Origin: a virus
Taxonomy: Duplodnaviria > Caudoviricetes
Virus record (IMG/VR): IMGVR_UViG_3300042453_000310
Coordinates: 1 to 60,443 of that record
Direction: 5' to 3' (one strand)
DNA: 60,443 bases
The notes beneath the pieces were generated by a model that made no database searches, was not told where the DNA came from, and saw only the letters and a list, made by a program, of their open reading frames with translations. Made by a program: the position numbers and the translations under genes. Below, piece by piece: positions 1 through 10,543 of the stretch; within the stretch, counting starts at the first letter, position 1; each line of letters begins with the position of its first letter.

Positions 1-186
1 TCTAACATCGCCGATGTTGATAGTCACTTCGTCACTAAAGACAAGATCAGCCATCCCATTCTCACGAACGCGGTAAAACGGAACATAGTCACCGTCTTTG
101 AGCAGCTTGGCTGCCGTCTCTTTGGGTATTGCGCCAGTTGAAGCCAAGAACTTAATCAAGCCTGCGTTGTATGCGTTATACGTACT
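1..186. repeat. Terminal overlap, copy 1 (circular assembly overlap)
   Basis: Matches 60258-60443 except at positions 25, 58, 76 and 178. Confidence 0.97.
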
Positions 187-3100
187 GCGCACAACTTCCA
201 AAGCGTCTCTCAGTTTGGGGTTGGCGTTAACGTCAGCCATTGCAGCTTTAAGTTCTGCCTCTGTTACGCCTAGTGCACCTAAGTCAAGTTTAGACAAACC
301 CTTGTTGGCCGCACGTTGGGCAATCATGTACGTAGTGGCAAGATCAACACGGCCTCTAGCGTTGCCGCCCGGGATGCGCCCTATGGCATCAAAGACATCC
401 TTGGCGCTATTAGCTCCTGTAGACCTGATGCCGTGGAAGCCCTTGTCGTCTGTGTACAACGCCATCGGCCCTTCCATCAGCGTGGCGCTAACCACAGCCA
501 TCTTCTGGTCAGACTTGGTCACGCTGTACATAGCCTGTACAAAGTTCTTGGTGTCACCCATTTCCTTGGCGCCAGCCTTAAGCGCTTCACGCAAACCAGC
601 GCGCATATCCACCAAGTTCATCTCGGTCTCAAGCGCAATGTTCCTACCAAGGCGCTCACTAAAAGACTTGGGCTGTGCAATGATCTGTTTAGACAGGTCA
701 GTCAGCGCGTTGTCTTGTCCGTACTGTGCCTTGCGAGAGAACAGCAAGCCTTCGGACTGGCCGACAGGTTCCATATTGACGCCAATAATTTCAGGCGTGT
801 TGTCAATAAAAGCCCGTTCAATGTATCTACCGCGCTCGTTGTTCTGCTCAATCGCATCAATACCGGCAGCTTTAAGTATTTCTGTAAGTTTTTTTACCCC
901 AAGCTGTCTACGCATGTCGTAGAACAAACCATTAGCTTCGTATTCACCATCTTTCTTGGCTCTGTCCTGCAGTCTTTTGTCGCCGTACTTTTTCATCAAC
1001 GCGTCTAGTTTAGGGCGCTCGCCAAATGTAAACGTTGAATTAACGGAATAGACCCGCTCGCGAGGCACGTCATCCAAGGTGCGGTATATGTTGCCTATGG
1101 CAGGGCGTTTTGTAAGTGGTTTAATCTTGGACAGATCAAGCGACTTTAATATCTCTAATTCTTTTTCTCGTTTGGCAAGATGTTTTTCCAAGTTGGGAAT
1201 TCGAGTTGCACTGCTAGGTTTTTTTGCCTCAGAGATTACAGCCCTATCAAGCGCTGTTTGTGCGGTTTCAATTTCCCTTTCAACAAACAGTATTTTATTG
1301 TCAATGTGTTTTGCAGCGCCTTTATTCTTTGTTGGGTCAAGCGACTCCCCGTTATTTAAGGCACTGTTTACGTAAGCTGACAACAACCCAGATTCTAGTT
1401 TTGACTGCAGCATTGCTGTTGTCAACTCATCGTGTAGTGTATTTGTAAACTTATTGTCAAGGCTGCGGTAGTCTTGGTACGTTTTGTTTCCATACCCAGT
1501 TTCGTTTGCGGCTTTGCCAAAAGGCACTGCTTGCCTGTAATACTCGGCGTATTCTTTTTGCGGTGTAGTGTATGGCCCTTCGCCCAAAGACTCTTCTGCC
1601 AAGAACCTTAAATCAAAAGCACCTTCTCCTGAGCCAGCGTAACCAGTATCAAACGCTTTAAACTTTGCATCTGAGCCGTGCCATGTGCCCCGAATTTCAA
1701 GTTGTGCAGCACCATACGCAAGGTTTACCAACTCCCCAGCTTTGAGGTTTTTAGGATTGATACCAAACGCAGACAGTGCTCGTTTCAAAGTATCCACAAC
1801 CATGCGCAACCAGTTTGCAATAGGCGAACCTTTGGAACCGAGGGCTGCAGGTTTAACGCCTGCTTTGATTGCTTCCTCAACAGCGTATGCTAATAGCTCG
1901 TCGTCAAACTGTTCTTTGGATGTTTGTGCAGATTTAACACGAGCAAGCGCCGCTTTAGCAATCCTAGCTTCTACAGAGTTGTCGTTTAGCTTTGACCAGT
2001 TTTGAACAGCTTTTACTAGGTTCTTGTACTGCCCAGCATTGAACAAGTTTTTAAAGCCGAGGTGAACACCGACTTCGTGCAGCAATATTCCTAAGCCGTC
2101 GCCCTTGTCTATATTGTTGGCAAACATAAACGCTTTGCCAGTTCTTGGATCAACAAAAGCTTTAGCGTCTGTTGGAATGTCGCTGGCTTCTGGTGCTTTG
2201 GCTCGTTTTATGTTGTACTCGTACTGCAGATCCGAAAAGCTGTTGCTGTCTAAAAACTCTTCAACACTGTTAAATATCTCAATGCGGCCTTTGGTAAGCC
2301 CCGCCCCGCCCAACGCAGTGTCAATTTCTTTTTGCAACCCATCAACACTCAGCCCGTTTTTAGCCGCGCCGCGAGAAAATTCATAGCGAGGGTCGTACGT
2401 AGTATCAATGTCTTCGTCTGTAACGTTTGAAAATTCTGTGCCAGACAACTGGGTAAAATCTTCAGATGAGTACGGGACAATTTGTGCTTTCAATAGGCGG
2501 TTGATGTCATCGCCAACGCGATCCAACATAAATTGTGCAGACTCTATATCTTCCTTCAGCTTATCTCTGCGGTCTGCCAGCGTTGGGTTGCCCGATAGCA
2601 CTTCGCCAATTTCTGCAAGCTCGTCTTGGCTTCTGTTTATAAACTTGGTTAGACGTACTCGGTTATCTTCCATCGCATCAAGAATCTGGTTCTGTTGCTC
2701 GTACTCTTTGGCTTTAAACTCAGCGTCTAGCGTTGCTTTGTCCTTGGCTGCAGCAATACGCTCAGCAAACGCGTTGGCATCGGCCACTGCTTTCTCGGAC
2801 GTAATTGGTGCAGGTGTGCGGCTTTCAACAATCGGCTGTTTACTAATACCAACGTTTGCTTTTGACTGCTCTGTGCCACCGCGCAGTTTGCCCGGAGCTT
2901 GTGACTGTATGCGTGTAGCTTGGGAGACCTTAGCCATACTAGGCGGACGAACCTCATTGACGGCTTCTAGCTGTTCGTTGATAAGACGTTGTAAGTCGAT
3001 GATCTTATCGGTACGGTTTTGTTTAGCCTTTGTAGTTTTAGGCTCTGCGCTTGCTTGCAGTGCGTCCATTTGCTTTTGCAAATCTGCAAGGCGTTTAGTA

Positions 3101-6100
3101 CGACTGTCATACAGCTTGGCACGTTCTTCTTCAGCGGTAAACTCTTCGTCAAGCGTGCCAGACGCTTTCTTTGCGCGTGGGACTAATCGGTACTCGCCGG
3201 TTTCTTCGTCTTTCTCACGAACCAGCGTACCAACATTTTGCCCAGTCAAAACATTTGTACGGGTAATCCCTAAGCGATTTGATTTGCGTGCTTGCAATAC
3301 TTCGCGTTCTTTGAGGAACTCATTAAAACGCTTGCGGCGCTCTCTTTGAGACGACTGCATTTCTGCCAGCCGTTTTTGCATGTTCTTTAAGGTTTCAAGT
3401 GTTGCTTTGCCCTCTGACCAAGACAGCTTCTTAGCCTTGATGTCCTTGCGCAACTTGACAATAGCTTCTTCGCTCTTGTTGACGGCTTCTTGCTTTTTGG
3501 AAATGGTTTTCTCAAGCTTGGCAATACGATCGTCAATCAGCTTTGTAACTTCTGCGTAGACTTCTGGGTCGCTGGACGTAGCGCGCTCTGCTTCTGACAA
3601 CGCTTTTTGTTTGGTAATTTTTGACTTCTCGTAGTCAACAATAGAATTTTGCAGTGTCTCGACACGTTTGTTGCCAGCTTCAATTTGTTTCTTAAAGTCC
3701 TCGATCTGGGCAAACAACGCCTTAGCTTCTTTGAGGTTCTTGCGTGGGCCGCGGTAAGACGCCGCCTTTTCGGTTGCCTCGTCTAGTTTAATTTGCACGA
3801 GTTCTACGCGAACCTGCATTTCCAACACACCCTCTTCCATTCCTTGGATGCGTGCGTCTAACTCTGCAAAGTCTTTTGTGGCAGTTTTAATCAACTCCAA
3901 CATCTCACGACGCTTGCTAAAGTCAATACGCTGACCGGACAAAGCCTGCAACCTAGCGGTGCTTGCTTGGAAATCTTCTAACTGCGCTTTATTTCTAGTC
4001 TCTATTGTTTCACGTTCAGCAGAACTCAAAGGCTCGATAGGTACGTTAGCCATCTGCGCACCAAAACCACGAGACTCTGCGGCATCTTTAATAGCCTGCT
4101 CAACGCTTTTGGCAAGTTGTGATTCAACGTAACTAGCGTTCTCAGCCTTTTCAATCTCGCTGTCAAGTAAAGCTAGGTCGTTGTCTAGCGCACGTACGGC
4201 ATCGGCACCCAGCTCTTTGGCGGCACCAATTTCTTGTTTAATAGCTACAATTTCTGGATGCGTAGACAAGTTAACATCCAAGTCAACAGCCGCCAGTTCC
4301 AGTTGCAAGCCTAAGTCCAAAAGCGTTTTGCCAGCTTTGTTTAACTTACGCGTTTCTTCTCGTGCATCTAACTGCAAACGTAAATCGTTGTTCAAAAACG
4401 TGATAAAAGCCGATGATGGAATGTAGGGGTTAACCCTTTGTGTCTCCATCAAAAGTTCTAACTCGGCAATTTCTTTTTGCAAACGAGCCACGGTGCGTGG
4501 TTGCGTAACCCGTGCTTTGGATAACTGCTTCTGTAAATCTTGCAGTTGTTGCCTAGACTCGTACAGCAACGGATTGCGTTGACGCTCAAGCGCAGTAATA
4601 ACTTTCTGTTGCGCTGCTTCAATGCCGGGTAGTTTTTCGGCAAGACTGCCAAGTTTGTTTCGTGCTTGGCGCAACTCTTCTTTGGCTTTAAGCGTCTCTT
4701 GTGCGGCGTCAACCGCACGGTCGTCCATCTCTTTAAAGTTGGCAATGTTGTTGGCAATTAGGCGGCTAGTCTCTTCTGATCTATCAGCCAACTGATCTAC
4801 TTGCGATCTGACCCGCATGTACTCTAAACGCAAAGGCTCAAGCTCATCAGACAGACGTTTTAAAATACCTTCCATACGCACTTCAACATCCGCAACAATG
4901 TTTTTGGCGGCGCGGTCTTCAGAAATTTGTGACTTTTCCAACGCGGCTTTGCGTGCTTTTAACGCTTCAACTTGCTTACGAATATTGCCGATCTTTGCCT
5001 CATGTTCTTTGACTTGCAACTCCATACGGGCCACAGTCTCACGAGTAAGACCCATCTCTTGCCGAGCAGTCTTCAAGTAGTCGCTGGCCAGATAGCGATT
5101 CAGTTCAGCAAACGACTCAAAGATCGTACCTTTCTGTGTGGGGGCGAACCGCTCGGCTGCACTGCCTTGGATGGGGCCACGGTCTTCGGGAGCCACGTAC
5201 TGGACTTTGCCGTTGACGATGCGTGTAGCGGCTTGCGGAGCCACTTGCTGCGGCATGAACTCAGCGCCCAACTCTTGCTGAACGGCTGTTTGTGTAGGCT
5301 TAGTTGCTGTGCCAAACGCTGTCTCGCGTGTAGGCGTCTCTGTTTCAGAACGTTTGCCTTCTTCCAATGTACGCAGTGCGGCCTGCACATCGCGGGTCAT
5401 CTCAGGGCTTAGGTTGCCTGTGGTTGCTCGGTTGAGCCACTCCCCAATCAGGTTGCGGCGGTCTTCGTTGGATGTCACAGCGCCGTAGTTATCGGCAATC
5501 TGATCCAGTATCGACATGGTTTGCGTGTCGTAACGCTGGCGCTGTGCGTAGGCTCGATCCATCTGGTCGAGCAACATGTCTTGGGTGGTTGTAGTTGGTA
5601 TTGTTTCTGCGGGGCCAAACGCGCTGTACTTCGTACCCGCACGCCAGCGTGTGCTGATTGCGTCAAGCTCGGGGGTAATGTCGTTGCCGTAGCGTGCTGA
5701 AGAGTCTAGCAACGCACCCAGTTCTTTTTCAATCTCGGTAATGGTCTCGGGTTTAAGCTGGCCACGAACCAAAGAAATTTCTTTAAGCAAGCCGTCTATA
5801 ACGTCTTGCTTGGCTTCTTTATCCCCGCTTTTAAACTTGCCATAAGCGGCTTCTCGTTCCGCCGCTGCATCACGCAGAGCACGTTCTTGCCTTGGCAATC
5901 TACCAAGTTGTGGGCGAATACCCTGCCCACCAATTTTTAATTCGTCTGGAATAGTTACATTTTCCAGCATCCAATCGGGCGCGTACTGAAGAATTTCTTT
6001 TGCAGCGTCAAAATTATTTTTTGCAGTGTTTACAAGATATTTTGGATCCAAAGGGTTTTTAGAAACCGATGCCCATGTTACAAGTCTGTAGATGGAATCT

Positions 6101-8307
6101 CTGAGCATCTTGCTTCCGCTCAAGAAATTTAACTCACCTTTGTCATTGTTTGCCAACGCTTCAATAGCTTTTTGTTCCGCACGATTTAGTGGCTCTGTTC
6201 CAGCAACGGTTGTTGCAGTTCCAGTGCTTTTTATTTTGGCTTTACGGTCTTCCAAGTCACGGATCTGCTCTAACAGCGTAGACACACGCTCACGGTTAGA
6301 CCTACGTTCAATAGCAGTAGGAGCGCCATACGAACGGGCAACGTCTAGTTCTTTTTGTAGTCCAGCAATCTGTGCGTCAATATCTACACGGGTTCCAGCC
6401 ACAGGCATGTTTACCCGTTGCTGTTCACCACCAAACAATTCGCCTTGGGCTACTGTTTCTGGCAGGGGCTTAATCTGCTCAATGTCTGTAGCGAGGCGGC
6501 CTTCCTGTTGCATCTCATACGCTTGGCGCATCTGGCGCTGGTCTTCCAGAGCCGCTGCTTCTTCTTCTTCAAGCACTCGCTGAGTCTTCTGTGTTCTCTC
6601 TGTAACTGCCGCGCCAGTGGCTCTTTCTGCGGCTTCAATCTTGTTAATTTCTAGTTGTAAAGCATCGTAAATATTGCTTTGGCGTTTCTTTGCTAGACCC
6701 GGTATAGGCGTGCGGTTTTGCAGTGCTTGTTTAGCTAATACCGGATTAGCAACCAAATACTTTACATAGTCTTTATTAGCGTCTTCAATTTCTTTTTCGT
6801 TTGCAAACGCTTGCGTGTTTGCCAAATCCATTTGTTTTGCAACATACCCCTCCAGTGCTTGCCTTTGCGCTTGGCCGGGCACAGCAATCTGTTGCTCGTA
6901 GTAGCCTTCAAGATCAGGCGTACCTTTTGGTGTAGGAGCAGAAGAAACAGTGCCGGTCTGCTCCAACATGTAGTCGTATGGAGACATCCCAGCAACGCGA
7001 GCCTTTTCAGTTTCCTGCTCACGCAGGGGCTTGGTGCGGCGGTACTCAGGGACAAGCTCTTTTAACTGGTCTTGTAAATCTTTAAGAGCGTCTTGTGCTT
7101 CTTTGTACTCGGCTTTTTCAATAAGCGAGGGGTTGGCACCGGGCTTTTTGATCGCTGCCCTTTGTGTATTGAACTGCGCTAGCAAATCGTCATACTGTTT
7201 GCCAATATCAATTGCGTACTTTGGTGTCTGTTTTTCTGCCTCTAGCTCTTGTGCTTTAGCTTCTTCTTCGGCTTTCTGCTGGGCAGCAGTCAGTTGCTCT
7301 TGTTGCAAACGCAACGCACGCTTTTGCTGATCGGCTTCTTTCTCTTTCTCTGCGACTTCTGTTCTTGCACCAGAGCGCTCAGACAAACGACCAACACCAC
7401 CCAGCGGAGCCAACAGACCCACTTGATACGCTGTTTCGCCGTATTCTTTCATGGCACTGGGGTCTGTCAAAGACAGGCCAGCTTGGTAACGCTCCAGCAT
7501 CTGCTGGGCAATCTCGGTTGGGATTTCAGCCAAGGCACCAGTGGCCAGACCTTTAGACAACGTAACGGCTAGGCGTTCTTCAGCTAACTTGGCAACCTGT
7601 GCCGCGCTACGTCCGAGCAGTGCCTCGGCAGGGATACCTGTCAGCTTGCTAATAATCCTGCCGCCAAGGGGGATAAACGTACCAGCTACGTCCAGTGCGG
7701 CCGAGGGAATGGCTGTGCCCACAGCCTTGCGCATATCGATATTGATAGGCTCTCCGGCACGTTCTTGTTCAGCCGCTTGGCGCTCAACGTTCTGACCCAA
7801 GGCTTGTGCAGTACCGGAGGTGAGTGCACCCAACGCACCGCCAACCAATCTACCCTTTGCGCCAAACGCACTGCCCAGCGTAGAACCCAAACGACCGCTG
7901 GCGGCAAGGGCTGCAATGTTTGCGCCTTGCTCTGCAATGGCTCCGGGTACTTGACTGACTGCTTCGCCTGCGGCAGACAGAAGGCCACGTTCTTCGTATG
8001 CTTTTTTGACTTTCTCTAAGTCTGCGCCTTCTTCGTAGCGAGAACCGATGTCTCGGCTACGAGCTAAACCGGCTTTAGCCGCCTCTTCTTTGTCACCCAA
8101 CAGCGATGCGCCAGCAGTGCGGCCAGACGATATTAAAGACTCAAGACCCTTGCTGGCTTGTGCAAGGATGCCTTTTTTGCGTGCAGGGGCTTCTTCGGCA
8201 AAGGCTTCTGGGTATCTTTCTTTAGCCAAAGCCATGGCTTCGTCATACCCCATGCTGTTGGGAACTTTAAAGGAAGTGCCGTCTGGAAGGGGTAGGTATT
8301 TAGCCAT
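1..8307 (-). CDS. N-terminal 2769 codons of a giant (~3412 aa) polyvalent virion/ejection protein: long coiled-coil region, HExxxH metallopeptidase and ADP-ribosyltransferase-like domains; continues across the circular junction
   Basis: ATG at 8307 (MAKYLPLPDG...). The frame is open to the window edge: the track lists no stop-terminated minus-strand ORF in this frame. It is in frame with the 58326-60416 ORF through the terminal overlap. Motifs: LLHEVGVHLG (2062-2079) followed by ELLAYAVEE, and WHGSDAKFKAFDTGYAGSGEG...LGEGPYTT...AEYY (~1535-1685). Confidence 0.9.
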   Translation of the reverse strand, partial: MAKYLPLPDGTSFKVPNSMGYDEAMALAKERYPEAFAEEAPARKKGILAQASKGLESLISSGRTAGASLLGDKEEAAKAGLARSRDIGSRYEEGADLEKVKKAYEERGLLSAAGEAVSQVPGAIAEQGANIAALAASGRLGSTLGSAFGAKGRLVGGALGALTSGTAQALGQNVERQAAEQERAGEPINIDMRKAVGTAIPSAALDVAGTFIPLGGRIISKLTGIPAEALLGRSAAQVAKLAEERLAVTLSKGLATGALAEIPTEIAQQMLERYQAGLSLTDPSAMKEYGETAYQVGLLAPLGGVGRLSERSGARTEVAEKEKEADQQKRALRLQQEQLTAAQQKAEEEAKAQELEAEKQTPKYAIDIGKQYDDLLAQFNTQRAAIKKPGANPSLIEKAEYKEAQDALKDLQDQLKELVPEYRRTKPLREQETEKARVAGMSPYDYMLEQTGTVSSAPTPKGTPDLEGYYEQQIAVPGQAQRQALEGYVAKQMDLANTQAFANEKEIEDANKDYVKYLVANPVLAKQALQNRTPIPGLAKKRQSNIYDALQLEINKIEAAERATGAAVTERTQKTQRVLEEEEAAALEDQRQMRQAYEMQQEGRLATDIEQIKPLPETVAQGELFGGEQQRVNMPVAGTRVDIDAQIAGLQKELDVARSYGAPTAIERRSNRERVSTLLEQIRDLEDRKAKIKSTGTATTVAGTEPLNRAEQKAIEALANNDKGELNFLSGSKMLRDSIYRLVTWASVSKNPLDPKYLVNTAKNNFDAAKEILQYAPDWMLENVTIPDELKIGGQGIRPQLGRLPRQERALRDAAAEREAAYGKFKSGDKEAKQDVIDGLLKEISLVRGQLKPETITEIEKELGALLDSSARYGNDITPELDAISTRWRAGTKYSAFGPAETIPTTTTQDMLLDQMDRAYAQRQRYDTQTMSILDQIADNYGAVTSNEDRRNLIGEWLNRATTGNLSPEMTRDVQAALRTLEEGKRSETETPTRETAFGTATKPTQTAVQQELGAEFMPQQVAPQAATRIVNGKVQYVAPEDRGPIQGSAAERFAPTQKGTIFESFAELNRYLASDYLKTARQEMGLTRETVARMELQVKEHEAKIGNIRKQVEALKARKAALEKSQISEDRAAKNIVADVEVRMEGILKRLSDELEPLRLEYMRVRSQVDQLADRSEETSRLIANNIANFKEMDDRAVDAAQETLKAKEELRQARNKLGSLAEKLPGIEAAQQKVITALERQRNPLLYESRQQLQDLQKQLSKARVTQPRTVARLQKEIAELELLMETQRVNPYIPSSAFITFLNNDLRLQLDAREETRKLNKAGKTLLDLGLQLELAAVDLDVNLSTHPEIVAIKQEIGAAKELGADAVRALDNDLALLDSEIEKAENASYVESQLAKSVEQAIKDAAESRGFGAQMANVPIEPLSSAERETIETRNKAQLEDFQASTARLQALSGQRIDFSKRREMLELIKTATKDFAELDARIQGMEEGVLEMQVRVELVQIKLDEATEKAASYRGPRKNLKEAKALFAQIEDFKKQIEAGNKRVETLQNSIVDYEKSKITKQKALSEAERATSSDPEVYAEVTKLIDDRIAKLEKTISKKQEAVNKSEEAIVKLRKDIKAKKLSWSEGKATLETLKNMQKRLAEMQSSQRERRKRFNEFLKEREVLQARKSNRLGITRTNVLTGQNVGTLVREKDEETGEYRLVPRAKKASGTLDEEFTAEEERAKLYDSRTKRLADLQKQMDALQASAEPKTTKAKQNRTDKIIDLQRLINEQLEAVNEVRPPSMAKVSQATRIQSQAPGKLRGGTEQSKANVGISKQPIVESRTPAPITSEKAVADANAFAERIAAAKDKATLDAEFKAKEYEQQNQILDAMEDNRVRLTKFINRSQDELAEIGEVLSGNPTLADRRDKLKEDIESAQFMLDRVGDDINRLLKAQIVPYSSEDFTQLSGTEFSNVTDEDIDTTYDPRYEFSRGAAKNGLSVDGLQKEIDTALGGAGLTKGRIEIFNSVEEFLDSNSFSDLQYEYNIKRAKAPEASDIPTDAKAFVDPRTGKAFMFANNIDKGDGLGILLHEVGVHLGFKNLFNAGQYKNLVKAVQNWSKLNDNSVEARIAKAALARVKSAQTSKEQFDDELLAYAVEEAIKAGVKPAALGSKGSPIANWLRMVVDTLKRALSAFGINPKNLKAGELVNLAYGAAQLEIRGTWHGSDAKFKAFDTGYAGSGEGAFDLRFLAEESLGEGPYTTPQKEYAEYYRQAVPFGKAANETGYGNKTYQDYRSLDNKFTNTLHDELTTAMLQSKLESGLLSAYVNSALNNGESLDPTKNKGAAKHIDNKILFVEREIETAQTALDRAVISEAKKPSSATRIPNLEKHLAKREKELEILKSLDLSKIKPLTKRPAIGNIYRTLDDVPRERVYSVNSTFTFGERPKLDALMKKYGDKRLQDRAKKDGEYEANGLFYDMRRQLGVKKLTEILKAAGIDAIEQNNERGRYIERAFIDNTPEIIGVNMEPVGQSEGLLFSRKAQYGQDNALTDLSKQIIAQPKSFSERLGRNIALETEMNLVDMRAGLREALKAGAKEMGDTKNFVQAMYSVTKSDQKMAVVSATLMEGPMALYTDDKGFHGIRSTGANSAKDVFDAIGRIPGGNARGRVDLATTYMIAQRAANKGLSKLDLGALGVTEAELKAAMADVNANPKLRDALEVVRSTYNAYNAGLIKFLASTGAIPKETAAKLLKDGDYVPFYRVRENGMADLVFSDEVTINIGDVR

Positions 8308-8373
8308 AAAAATTAAATTGTAGACCGCACATTTGTAGCGCTCTGGCGGGTCAAACCAGAGTGCCGTTTAGCT

Positions 8374-8401
8374 ATTGTCGCGCAAATTCATGCGCTGTCA
8401 A
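8374..8401 (-). promoter_or_regulatory. Sigma70-like promoter upstream of the giant gene
   Basis: TTGACA-16 nt (GCGCATGAATTTGCGC, itself palindromic)-GACAAT, followed by hairpin GCACTCTGG-TTTGACCCG-CCAGAGCGC. Confidence 0.5.
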
Positions 8402-8402
8402 C

Positions 8403-10538
8403 TTATTCGTCACCGGCGTTTCGCACAGGGCCTGTGGCTTCATTTTCAAAGCCCAAATTCAGTGCATACGCACTTAAGAATGGGTTGGTCATCAGCGCGG
8501 AACGAAGTCTGTCTTTGTAGATTTTGTCTTTAGCCGCTTGTGATGTTGCTGTTGAGTAGTCCACGTCTTTGGCCAAGTCTGCCATGACTTGTTTCTGCAC
8601 CTTGGTGAACTCTGCCATTTTCTTGTCGTCACCAGCAAAACGCTTAGCGATCATTGCATTTCGTGCAAGGCCGGGAGCCGCTGCGATACGAGACTGTTCA
8701 AGGTTAACGGCACCGCCAAACATTGTCTTGGCTTCATCACGCCCGATGTCAAACTCTTTCATAGCAAAGTCAGTTAAAGAGCGCAATCCTGCGTTTGCCG
8801 CCTTATCAACATCACGCTTGGCTTCACGCAATTCTTTGGTGTCCATGCTCTTCTGGTTAAAGCGCACATCTTCCAAGCGTCCGTATGCATCGTCCAACTT
8901 GTCACGGGCGTCCGTAATCTTTTCCATGCTCTTGCGGTAAGCGGCAGTGCCGGCCATAGCGCCTTGACCGATGTTGGCAAAAGCGTTGGGGGACGTGCCA
9001 GCCATCATAGCTAAGCCAGCTTCAAGTAGTGCCAACCCGCCAGACTGACCTTCTTCTTTTGCAATGCGCTCTTCTTTGCCTTTGAGTTTGGTTTCACGGT
9101 CTTTGCCATACTCGCCACGAGCAGCAATATCGTCTTGCAGTTGTTTGTAATAGTTTTGCGCTTGCAACGTTTCGGAACCCGCAAGGCTGCCCATCTGACT
9201 GCGTATTGAATCGAGCTTAGCTTGGCGCTCGTCAGGCTTGCCTGCAAACAACGCGTACATGTCTTTAATGCTCTGAGCACTACTGCCTGTGCCGCCACCT
9301 TGACCGCCTGCACCACCTTGACCACCTGCACCACCAGTATCGGCAGGTTCTTTGGCTTCGGGAAGCTTAGACATTGTGTTTGGGTTGACCTTCAGACCTA
9401 AGCGCTGAGCCTCGGCATTTGACTGCTGGTCGGGGCTGTATGTTGGAATAAACTTGGCCGCGGCTTTTTTGGTCTGCTCTGGCGTAGCTTTTGGATTGGC
9501 TTTAAGCCAATCTTCGTACTCTTTGCTGGTTAGCATCCCTTCGCTATCCAAATACGCTGTAAGAGCACCACCACCAAGCATACCGCCAGCAGTACCCAAA
9601 GGGCCTAAGAAAGAACCCAAGCCAGTTGTAAGCATTGGAATACCCGCTTTAGCTGCTGTACCAAACGCTTGTTTTGCTTTACCAAAAGAAGACACGTTAG
9701 GGTCGTCATAGAAAGCGCCTTGCTGATACGCTTCATACCCAGCAGGGAGCGCGCCCAATACGCCCGCTGTTTTCACGGCCCCACCTACTGGCAGTTTGCT
9801 CGTCTTTGTAGTGCCTATATCAGACAACGTATCGCCAATTTTTCTAAGTGTGGGGCCATATTTCTGACCTGCTTCAAACGCCTTACTTGGTGCGGCTGGC
9901 GGTGCCGCCGTAGGCGTTGCTGCTTTTGGCGTTGCTGCTGGTTTTTGTGGGCCAGCAGTGTCTTTTTTAAACTCGTTTAATACTTTTTCTTTTTCTGAAA
10001 AATCAAGCGATGTGAAAGCTTTTTCGTCAATGTTTTTGGTTTTTAAAAACGCTTTAAAAGATGCGCTGTTAAATACACCACCAGCATAGCCCGGCACACC
10101 GCCACCAGACATACGAACCACGGGCTCGCTTTGCTGGGCAAAGTTAAACATGCCGCCCATACCGCCAGTGGCCATACCTTCTTCGTCATCTTCGTAGCCT
10201 GCAATACCGCCATCAGCCATACGCTGAATGTTGGGGGTGGGGATACGCGCAATACCTTGATCTTCTGGCAAACCGCCAGCGGCCATACCAGTCACGTTAC
10301 CCATAGCATCCACAGGTGCTGCTTCTTGCGCAATGCCGGCAATAGCGGCATCTGCCACCTTGGGTTGCGGAGCAGCCATGCGTGCTTGCGCGGCAGTACG
10401 CAGTTGTTTGCGTTGATTGCTCTCAGCTACAGCCAAAGACAGAATATAGGGATTACCCTTATTCATCATTGCGTACTGTTGAAGGGCGCGGTCAGCCATG
10501 CCGCGCAGGGTTGTAGTGATTTGGTTTACGTTAATCAT
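8403..10538 (-). CDS. Putative internal virion (ejection) protein, Ala/Gly/Lys-rich
   Basis: 711-aa ORF between tail genes and the giant protein; Gly-rich hydrophobic segments; MAAGG, MADGG, MATGG and MSGGG motifs. Confidence 0.7.
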   Translation of the reverse strand: MINVNQITTTLRGMADRALQQYAMMNKGNPYILSLAVAESNQRKQLRTAAQARMAAPQPKVADAAIAGIAQEAAPVDAMGNVTGMAAGGLPEDQGIARIPTPNIQRMADGGIAGYEDDEEGMATGGMGGMFNFAQQSEPVVRMSGGGVPGYAGGVFNSASFKAFLKTKNIDEKAFTSLDFSEKEKVLNEFKKDTAGPQKPAATPKAATPTAAPPAAPSKAFEAGQKYGPTLRKIGDTLSDIGTTKTSKLPVGGAVKTAGVLGALPAGYEAYQQGAFYDDPNVSSFGKAKQAFGTAAKAGIPMLTTGLGSFLGPLGTAGGMLGGGALTAYLDSEGMLTSKEYEDWLKANPKATPEQTKKAAAKFIPTYSPDQQSNAEAQRLGLKVNPNTMSKLPEAKEPADTGGAGGQGGAGGQGGGTGSSAQSIKDMYALFAGKPDERQAKLDSIRSQMGSLAGSETLQAQNYYKQLQDDIAARGEYGKDRETKLKGKEERIAKEEGQSGGLALLEAGLAMMAGTSPNAFANIGQGAMAGTAAYRKSMEKITDARDKLDDAYGRLEDVRFNQKSMDTKELREAKRDVDKAANAGLRSLTDFAMKEFDIGRDEAKTMFGGAVNLEQSRIAAAPGLARNAMIAKRFAGDDKKMAEFTKVQKQVMADLAKDVDYSTATSQAAKDKIYKDRLRSALMTNPFLSAYALNLGFENEATGPVRNAGDE

Positions 10539-10543
10539 GTTCT

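Noticed and set aside
1-186. Terminal duplication as a biological direct terminal repeat
   Set aside because: It falls mid-gene and carries only synonymous differences; an assembly overlap of a circularly permuted genome explains it better.
98-8323. Long plus-strand ORFs (98-922, 316-1008, 2408-3349, 6092-6583 and others)
   Set aside because: Ser/Leu-rich antisense shadows of the giant minus-strand gene, with no RBS or recognisable motifs.
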